The notes beneath the pieces are model-generated. The model had not been told where the DNA came from. It ran no database searches and was given only the letters and a program-made list of their open reading frames with translations. From assembly GCA_049967655.1 (NCBI GenBank), contig JBMFSH010000031.1, positions 1 through 30,731 of the forward strand: a stretch of DNA of 30,731 bases, given 5' to 3'. This DNA comes from Acidobacteriota bacterium. Lineage in GTDB: Bacteria; Acidobacteriota; UBA4820; DSQY01. Within the stretch, counting starts at the first letter, position 1. Each line of letters begins with the position of its first letter. Of the stretch, positions 24,264 to 30,731 are shown piece after piece. The position numbers were made by a program, and so were the translations under genes.

Positions 24264-26520
24264 ACCGGCATCCCTTGCGCCTGCGGCGCTCCCAGAGCCC
24301 CACTCCCAGCATCCCCGCGCAGCCCAGGACGCTAAGGGCGGCCCCGAAGGCCACGGAGGAGGGTCTGTAGACGAATCGAACCTCGTGGGTCCCCGCCTCC
24401 ACCCGCACGGCTCTGAAGGCGCCGTCCGCAGAGTAAAGGGGAACGGGGCGGCCATCCACCCTCGCCCGCCACCCCGGCCAGTAGAGGTCTCTCAGGACGA
24501 GCCATCCTGCCACCGGCGCCGTGACGCGCCAAGCGGTGCGGTTGCAGAGGTCCTCCAGGCTGGTCACGCGGGCCCCGGCGGCCGGGGCGGGTGGAGGCGG
24601 GAGGGAGCTGGAGCCGGCTGGTGGCTTCCAGCCCTCCAGGTAGGCGACGGTGCGCCAGGAGCGTCCCGCCAGGGCCCGGGAGCAAGCCTCTGGTTCGGTT
24701 TCCGCGCCCTGCGCCGCCTCGACCCAGAAGGCCCTCCCCAGGGGCGAGGGATTGGGCTCGGGCCGGAGGGCGCCACCGGCCTCGCTCCAGCGCAGACCGA
24801 CGCCAGCAAAGTCCATGACCGCCGGGTTCCAGTCGAGGAAACCCGTAAAGCCCAGGCGCAAGTTCCCGGCGATGGGCAGGAGCCGCTTGGGGGTGAGGGG
24901 CGAAACGTAACGGATGTCTCGAATGCCAAAGGCCGCCGAGAGATCGGGCGGCAGGCTCTCCAGCAGCCCCTTGTGAGGCCACCACTGCCGGAGCCCATCC
25001 GCGGGTGTGGCGGCGGCCACGGCGGGGGCGGGAACAGGGCTCGATCGGTTCCAGAGGGCCCACGTGGAGGGTGGAAGAAAGAGAGCTCCTCCCACCACGC
25101 AGGCGGCGAAGGCCGTGCGCATGAGTGGGCGGTCGCGTTCCAGCAGGCGCGGCGGAGCGAGCCACAGCGCCGTGCCCAGAATGACGAGCAGCCAGACGGC
25201 CGGACTGGCCGCAGCGGAGAGTCCCGAGAGCGGCAGTTCCCCCGAGGGGGTCAGGGCCGCGGCCGAGGGATGAAACAGCAGGGCGACGGCCACCGCCAGC
25301 CAGGCGACGCTGAGAAACAGGCCCGCCCAGCGCACAAGCGCGGCTGCCCTCATCCTCGCCCACGCCTCCAGTCCCAGCGGCGCCAAAACGGCGAGAACAA
25401 ACCACGCCAGTGAACGCGTGTAGCGGCCGCTCATGAAGCCCAGGCTCAACCACCGTTCTAAGCTCTCGGGGCCCGGGAAGAGCAGGAGAGCAGGCCAGAG
25501 CAGGGCCGGCACCAACGCGAGCAGGAGCCCTTTACGGGAAACGGCACCCGCAAGCGCCAGGAGCAGCAGCGGCGGCAGCCATAGCAGCTCCGAGCCGAGC
25601 AGAAAGGGGGCTGTCACGGCGTAGGAAAGCATTGCTCCTCCCTTCATGCGCGGCGAGAAGCTGTGCCCCACCCACTCCAGAAAGGGAAGAACCCACCACG
25701 CCGAGAGGAGCAGGGCGAGCAATGGGCTCGCCAGGATGGCGGGGCGCAGGGTGTTCCGAAGGCCACCCTCCTGCCAGGCCCGCACGACGAGGTAGAAGAA
25801 GGCCGAAGCCGCCCCCCAGAAGGCATCCTCGGGGTGCCCGCTCATGGCCATCAGGGCCGTCAGCAGGGCGAAGAGAGCGGGAGCGCCCACCCTTTTTGCC
25901 AGGCGCTCGGCGGCCCACAAGAGCCACGGGTACCACGCGTAGGCCCAGACGTTGGAGAAGGCGATGAACTTGAGCGTATAGGGATTGAAGGCAAAGATCA
26001 GGGCCCCCATGGCCCTCGCGGCGAGCCCGCACCCCAGCTCCCCCAGAAGCCGGTCCATGCCCACTCCGGCGAACAGAAGCTGCAGGACAAGGCAGAAGCT
26101 ATACACCCACGGCGTCGGCCAGGCGAGGAAGGGAAGGAAGAAGGGCGCCAGAGGCTGGCTCTGGCCGTCGGCCAAGAGCGGCATCCCCAGACCGTTGTAG
26201 GGGTTCCAGAGGGCGAACTCCTTCTGGCGGAGGGCGTGGGCGAAGAGGGCTTTCTCGGCGTAATCGGTGGTCACGGGGGCCAGGTCGTAGGTCCTCCAGT
26301 CGGGGCGGTCGGCGGTTGAATCGATGCCTGCCAGGGCGGGATCGCCGGCCAAGACGTGAAAGGGCACGAGCTGGGCGCGATGCAGAACCAGCGGCCCAAA
26401 GAGAAGGAGCGCCGCCGCCAGCAAGAGGAGCAGCGACGGCCAGCCTTGCCGCGCTCTCGGCTGATCCCCCCCGCCGGCCAAGAGCCCCTGAGGCGCCGGT
26501 CTCACCCACGGGGATCTCAT
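24253..26520 (-). CDS. YfhO-family membrane protein (predicted GT-C glycosyltransferase)
   Basis: Start MRSPWV (26520) has an ATGA overlap with the upstream stop. LWNPYNGLGMPLLADGQ, SGHPE and the YfhO-type C-terminus GWLVLRDLYWPGWRARVDG...GTHEVRFVYRP plus a TM. Confidence 0.8.
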   Translation of the reverse strand: MRSPWVRPAPQGLLAGGGDQPRARQGWPSLLLLLAAALLLFGPLVLHRAQLVPFHVLAGDPALAGIDSTADRPDWRTYDLAPVTTDYAEKALFAHALRQKEFALWNPYNGLGMPLLADGQSQPLAPFFLPFLAWPTPWVYSFCLVLQLLFAGVGMDRLLGELGCGLAARAMGALIFAFNPYTLKFIAFSNVWAYAWYPWLLWAAERLAKRVGAPALFALLTALMAMSGHPEDAFWGAASAFFYLVVRAWQEGGLRNTLRPAILASPLLALLLSAWWVLPFLEWVGHSFSPRMKGGAMLSYAVTAPFLLGSELLWLPPLLLLALAGAVSRKGLLLALVPALLWPALLLFPGPESLERWLSLGFMSGRYTRSLAWFVLAVLAPLGLEAWARMRAAALVRWAGLFLSVAWLAVAVALLFHPSAAALTPSGELPLSGLSAAASPAVWLLVILGTALWLAPPRLLERDRPLMRTAFAACVVGGALFLPPSTWALWNRSSPVPAPAVAAATPADGLRQWWPHKGLLESLPPDLSAAFGIRDIRYVSPLTPKRLLPIAGNLRLGFTGFLDWNPAVMDFAGVGLRWSEAGGALRPEPNPSPLGRAFWVEAAQGAETEPEACSRALAGRSWRTVAYLEGWKPPAGSSSLPPPPAPAAGARVTSLEDLCNRTAWRVTAPVAGWLVLRDLYWPGWRARVDGRPVPLYSADGAFRAVRVEAGTHEVRFVYRPSSVAFGAALSVLGCAGMLGVGLWERRRRKGCRYAG

Positions 26521-28538
26521 GGCGCCCCTCCGCTCTCGCCCGATTTCGTTCGCTCCCCCTCGGCCGCCGCGAGGACGGTCTGGGCGTAAGGGTCCCTGCC
26601 GCCGCTGAGGCGGACGGCCTCCCTGGCGAGGCGGAGGGCCCGCGCGGGGTCCCTGAGCGACGGGTCGCGGGCCTTGAGCAGCACCCACGCCAGCCCCGCG
26701 AGGGCGCTCGGGTCCCGCGGCGAGAGCGTCAGGGCCCGCTCGAAAGCGTCGGCCGCCGGGCGCTCCAGCCCGCCCTCGAAGAGCGCGTGGCCGAGGTAGC
26801 ACCAGCCCTGCGGCTCCTTCGTCCGGGACGCGGCCGCCTCTTGCAGAACCTTGGTGGCCTCCGCGAGTTGCCCCGCGGCCAGCAGGCTCCGGCCCCAGGC
26901 CAGGTGAAGGGCGTAGCTCTCGGGGCGGAGGCGGCAGGCCTTGGCGAGGAGTTCCGCCTGCTCGGCGGGATCCGGCAGGCGGCCGCACGCGCCGAGAAAG
27001 GCCGCCTCCAGCTCGGGGTCGTGGGGCGAGACCACCATGCCCTTCAGCAGGAGTTCGGCGGCCTGTCGCATCTGGCCCGTTCGCCCGTACAGGGCCGCCA
27101 GCTCCAGCCTCGCCACGTCCAGCGTCGGGACGATGCGCAGGGCCTCGCGGTAGTAAGGGATGGCCTCCCCGATCCGGCCCTCTTGGGCCAGAATCTGCCC
27201 CAGGAAGCGCGCGGCCCTGGCGTTGTCGTGGGTCACCGCGTAGTCCTGGCGGAAGAGGGTGTAGGTGTCGTGCCAGGTCGTGACCTGAAAGGCCGAGAGG
27301 GCCACGAGGCCCACGAGCCAGCAGGCCACCGCGGCCAGGAGGGCGTTTCTCGCCCACCGGCGGGCGGGCATCGCCTCCGCCAGAGCCCAGGCGATGGCGA
27401 TGAAGAGGCCGATGGAGGGCAGGTAGGCGTACCGGTCGGCCCGCGCCTGGGCGCCGATTTGGACCAGCCCGATGACGGGTACGAGCATCCCGACGAACCA
27501 GAACCAGCCCACCGCCAGATAGGGCCTCCGCCGGTAGGAAACCAGGGCGAGGAGGGTAAACGCCGCCACCGGCAGCCCCCACGCCAGGGCCCTGCCCATC
27601 GTGATCGCCTTGAAGTCGAGCGGATAGAAGACCGCCAGGCCGTGGGGGACGAAGGTCAGCAGGGTGTAGTGGCCGTAGGCGATGGCGGCGTTCATCAGCC
27701 GGTAGGGGAGCGGCATGCGGTGGAAGCCGATGATCGGCTGGTCCTGGGCCGTGAGCCAACTGAAGAACAGGCAGAGGGCGAGCAGGGGCAGCTTCTCCAG
27801 GATCAGCACGGTCCAGCTCCGGATCGGATTCTCCTTCGCCGCCGCAGGCCACCCCTCGGGCCCGGGTCCCAGTCGGCCCGGCATCCGGCCTAGGGGCCAG
27901 TAATCGAGCAGCAGGAGCAGGAAGGGCGCGGTGACCAGCATGGCCTTGCTCAGGAGGCCCAGCAGCAGGGCCGCCACGACCCAGCCGTACCGGGCCCAGC
28001 CGGGCCTCCGCGCGTAGTGCAGGTAGGCCAGGAGCGTCAGGACGAAGAAGAGGGCCGAGAGTACGTCCTTGCGCTCGGCGACCCACGCCACCGACTCCAC
28101 GTGGAGCGGATGGAGGGCGAAGAGCGCCGCCACGAAAAGGCTCCGCCACGGCGCCCCCGTGGCCCGCACGAGGAAAAGAAGGAGCAGCAACGTGGCCGCC
28201 ACGTGCAGGAGGATGTTGGTCAGGTGGTGCCCTCCCGCCCAGAGCCCGAAGAGCTGGCAGTCGAGCATGTGCGACAGATAGGTCAGCGGCGCGTAGAAGC
28301 CCCCCGCCATGTGGCTCCAGTAGTAGCGTACCCCCTCCCACGTCAGCCCCTTCTGCACCAGCGGGTTCCGCGTCACGACCATGTTGTCGTCGTAGCCCAC
28401 GAAGTGCGCCCCCAGCAGGGGCGAGAAGAGCGCGAAGGTGACCAGCGCCAGGCCGACGGCGGCGAGCCAGAGGCGTTTCTTCGATGGGAGCCCAGTGGGT
28501 GGGCCCTGCTTCCTGGTGACCTCGGCCGGCGTGTCCAT
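26517..28538 (-). CDS. TMTC-like membrane glycosyltransferase with TPRs, copy 3
   Basis: Start MDTPAEV. FVGYDDNMVV, YAPLTYLSHMLD, HPLHVESVAWVAERKD, ADRYAYLP, TPR tail ending LRDPARALRLAREAVRLSGG. Confidence 0.82.
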   Translation of the reverse strand: MDTPAEVTRKQGPPTGLPSKKRLWLAAVGLALVTFALFSPLLGAHFVGYDDNMVVTRNPLVQKGLTWEGVRYYWSHMAGGFYAPLTYLSHMLDCQLFGLWAGGHHLTNILLHVAATLLLLLFLVRATGAPWRSLFVAALFALHPLHVESVAWVAERKDVLSALFFVLTLLAYLHYARRPGWARYGWVVAALLLGLLSKAMLVTAPFLLLLLDYWPLGRMPGRLGPGPEGWPAAAKENPIRSWTVLILEKLPLLALCLFFSWLTAQDQPIIGFHRMPLPYRLMNAAIAYGHYTLLTFVPHGLAVFYPLDFKAITMGRALAWGLPVAAFTLLALVSYRRRPYLAVGWFWFVGMLVPVIGLVQIGAQARADRYAYLPSIGLFIAIAWALAEAMPARRWARNALLAAVACWLVGLVALSAFQVTTWHDTYTLFRQDYAVTHDNARAARFLGQILAQEGRIGEAIPYYREALRIVPTLDVARLELAALYGRTGQMRQAAELLLKGMVVSPHDPELEAAFLGACGRLPDPAEQAELLAKACRLRPESYALHLAWGRSLLAAGQLAEATKVLQEAAASRTKEPQGWCYLGHALFEGGLERPAADAFERALTLSPRDPSALAGLAWVLLKARDPSLRDPARALRLAREAVRLSGGRDPYAQTVLAAAEGERTKSGESGGAP

Positions 28539-28554
28539 TCGTGGCTCGTTCTCC

Positions 28555-30552
28555 CTAGCGCGCCCAGTAGGTGCAGTATACGACGCCGGCCCACACAAAG
28601 AGGTAGAGGCTGAGGAGCGCCCGCGGGCGAGGCCTCTTCACGAGGGGTTCGACGCCGCAGGCGGCGAGCGCGCCCAGGGCGGGGGAGAGCGCCAGGGCGT
28701 AGCTGGCCTTCGCGGCGGCGTAGGCCGGGACCTCGATGTACAGCAGGATCATGGCGCCGAGGTAGAAAACGGCGCACGCCAGCAGAAAGCGCAGACCTCC
28801 TTGCGCGGGGGACTCGCCGGTCCCGAGGGTGCGCGCGAGGCCCCAGAGGATCAACAGGCTCAGGGGGATCGCCAGGAGGGCCATGGCCGGGAGCAGGTCC
28901 GGCTGCCAGAAGGGGGAGAGGGGTTTCACCGTCACCGAGCCCAAGCCCCCGTCCAGCCAGAGGGAGGAGTAGAGGCCGTCCCAGAAACCATAGACGCCCG
29001 CGTAGATGGGCTGCACGAGGGCATGGCCGAAGCGGAAGAGGTCGCCCGCCATGCGGTAGCCCGGGTCCTGCCACCAGGCGAGGCCGGGTCGGGCCTGCCA
29101 GCCGCCCACGAAGGGCCGGCCCAACTCGATCCAGTTGCGCAGGTAGTACCAGCCCGAAACGGCCCCGCAGGCCGCCCACAGCGCCCCGGCCGCCCCGAGG
29201 GCCCGACCGAAAGAGCCCTTGCGGGTGAGGGCCGGCCAGACAACCAGCAGGGTCAGCGGCCCCACCAGCAGGAGGGCCGTCACCTTGGCCAGCAGGGCCA
29301 GCCCCAGCACGCCGCCCAGGGCGAGGCACTCGAAGAGCGAAGGCGCCCCCTCCTTCACCAGCAGCCGCAGCCCCAGGAACAGCGCCCAGGCCGCCAGAAG
29401 CCCCTCCAGGGGCTCGTTGCCCACGTACTGGCTCATGTAGACGTTCATGGGGAGAAGGCCGCCCGCCACCGTGGCGATCCTCTGAAGGGCGGGCCGGTCG
29501 GGGAAGAGCAGTCGCCCCGTGCGGTAGGCCACCTCGATCATCCCGGCGCCGCAGGCCATGGGGATCAGGCGCACCAGCCCTTCCGCCGCTTTCTGAGAAG
29601 CCGCCACGCGCGCCGTCCCCTCGACGAGCGCCCCCAAAAGGTAGAAGAGCGGCGCTTCGAACATCTGCCAGCCGTCCGTCGCCAGGGGAAGCCGGTGGTG
29701 CTGGAGAATGAACTCGATATAGCTGTAGTGGGCCGGCACGTCGAAGCCGATCCAGGGAGGTAGCCGGACGAGGTTGTTCAAAGAGAGAGCGGCGAACAGC
29801 CCCAGCAGGAGCCAGCGAAGGCGGGATGGGGCCAGCCACCCCTGCACCGCCGCCCATTCCCGCCTCCTGGCCGCGCGAAGCCCGAGCGCCAGCGCGAGGG
29901 CCAGGGCGGCGAGGCCGGCCAGCCAAGGCCAGCCGCCGAGCAATCCCCTCCAGGTCGAAGGATACTGGAGCGTCGCGGGGAAGGGCCGCCTCTCCTTGGC
30001 GAGTTGCGGGCGGACCCACTCCCGCCCGTTCATGGAGACGCCCCAGCCGCCCGGGGTGGAGAGCGATGCGCCGCCTCCCTCGCCGGTGAGGCGAAAGACG
30101 GGGGGGCCGGTGCTGTTCTCCACCACCGCCACCAGCTCGTTGGTCCCCGGGTTCAGAAAGGGCGCAAGGTCTACCACCGAGCCTCGGTACCATGGCGCGT
30201 CGTCACCGGGCGGCAGGAGGGGCCGGCCGTTAAGCCAGAGCTGGCAGCGCCTCAGCGCTGCCACGCGCACCACCAGGTGCTCCTCGCCCTTTCCGGCCTC
30301 GAAGAGGCACCGGAAGCGGGCGATGCGGGGAAACACCGGCCTCGCATTGGGGTTCGCCGGCTCGGGCAGCCTTACCCACCGCCCGCCTTCGTTCGAGCGC
30401 AGCACGGCGTACTTAGGGCTGCGGGCCGCATACAGCCAGAAGAGGAGCAGGGCGGCCGCTGCCGCCAGTCCCAGGAGGACCACCAGCGCCGCCCCGGCCC
30501 GCCTTCGCAAGGCGTCAGGCGCTTTGCTGTCCGAATCAACTTTAGTTCGCAT
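28555..30552 (-). CDS. GT-C (ArnT/GT39-like) membrane protein with an N-terminal galactose-binding-like beta-sandwich domain
   Basis: A TM anchor, then FRCLFEA...CQLWLNGR...VDLAPFLNPGTNELVAVVEN, then GFDVPAHYSYI, EAPLFY, VGNEPL, LALLAKVT, GWYYLRNWIELGRP. Start uncertain (30552 or 30615). Confidence 0.68.
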   Translation of the reverse strand: MRTKVDSDSKAPDALRRRAGAALVVLLGLAAAAALLLFWLYAARSPKYAVLRSNEGGRWVRLPEPANPNARPVFPRIARFRCLFEAGKGEEHLVVRVAALRRCQLWLNGRPLLPPGDDAPWYRGSVVDLAPFLNPGTNELVAVVENSTGPPVFRLTGEGGGASLSTPGGWGVSMNGREWVRPQLAKERRPFPATLQYPSTWRGLLGGWPWLAGLAALALALALGLRAARRREWAAVQGWLAPSRLRWLLLGLFAALSLNNLVRLPPWIGFDVPAHYSYIEFILQHHRLPLATDGWQMFEAPLFYLLGALVEGTARVAASQKAAEGLVRLIPMACGAGMIEVAYRTGRLLFPDRPALQRIATVAGGLLPMNVYMSQYVGNEPLEGLLAAWALFLGLRLLVKEGAPSLFECLALGGVLGLALLAKVTALLLVGPLTLLVVWPALTRKGSFGRALGAAGALWAACGAVSGWYYLRNWIELGRPFVGGWQARPGLAWWQDPGYRMAGDLFRFGHALVQPIYAGVYGFWDGLYSSLWLDGGLGSVTVKPLSPFWQPDLLPAMALLAIPLSLLILWGLARTLGTGESPAQGGLRFLLACAVFYLGAMILLYIEVPAYAAAKASYALALSPALGALAACGVEPLVKRPRPRALLSLYLFVWAGVVYCTYWAR

Positions 30553-30595
30553 TGGTGCGGCCTGCCTTCCAGAGCGAAGCGGAGGAAGGCGCGTT

Positions 30596-30712
30596 CCGGC
30601 GCCGATGGGCCTCATGTAAGGAAGGTGAGGCGACCACACCGCAAGCGTACTCAATGTACGCTGAGGATGCGGGCGCCGAAACCTGACGCAGCAGGAGGTC
30701 CGTCGCCGCCGG
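30596..30712 (+). other. Long imperfect hairpin element (structured RNA or interspersed repeat)
   Basis: Outer arms 30596-30613 and 30695-30712 pair at 17/18 (two G-U). Nested stems AGGT/ACCT, GGCG/CGCC, CCGCA/TGCGG and AGCGTAC-TCAAT-GTACGCT. Confidence 0.5.
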
Positions 30713-30731
30713 CGCACCCGTGGAGGGTGGG

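Noticed and set aside
24253..28341. 1362-aa ORF as one giant protein
   Set aside because: The first ~607 codons are an off-frame shadow of the TMTC gene (26517-28538). The real YfhO-like CDS starts at 26520 with an ATGA overlap.

Overview
GC-rich (about 65-70% by eye) bacterial chromosomal segment. The pilin N-terminus suggests Acidobacteriota or a relative (inference). It looks like a surface-glycosylation island with three parts. (1) 1-5099, minus strand: a nucleotide-sugar gene run of rfbF (Glc-1-P cytidylyltransferase), an SDR reductase/epimerase, a YerE-like ThDP enzyme, a NeuB-family synthase, and a UDP-glucuronate decarboxylase-like gene cut by the window edge. (2) 5100-9300: small passenger genes (AbrB-type antitoxin plus PIN toxin, a heptad-repeat coiled-coil protein, an AAA_14/DUF4143 ATPase) separated by long spacers packed with REP-like palindromes and 7-bp tandem repeats. 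(3) 9303-30552: one sigma54-driven type IV pilin gene inside an array of ten predicted GT-C-fold (lipid-linked-sugar) membrane glycosyltransferases: three TMTC-like TPR proteins, four paralogues of an ArnT/PMT-like family, two YfhO-like proteins and one fused to a beta-sandwich domain. The best candidate for a new system is this pilin-centred GT-C array. It shows signs of modular exchange: a low-GC block covering the pilin head and the TPR half of the convergent TMTC gene, duplicated promoter/repeat blocks flanking individual GT genes, and a second sigma54 promoter on the neuB-like gene. All functional calls come from motif recognition only; no searches were run.
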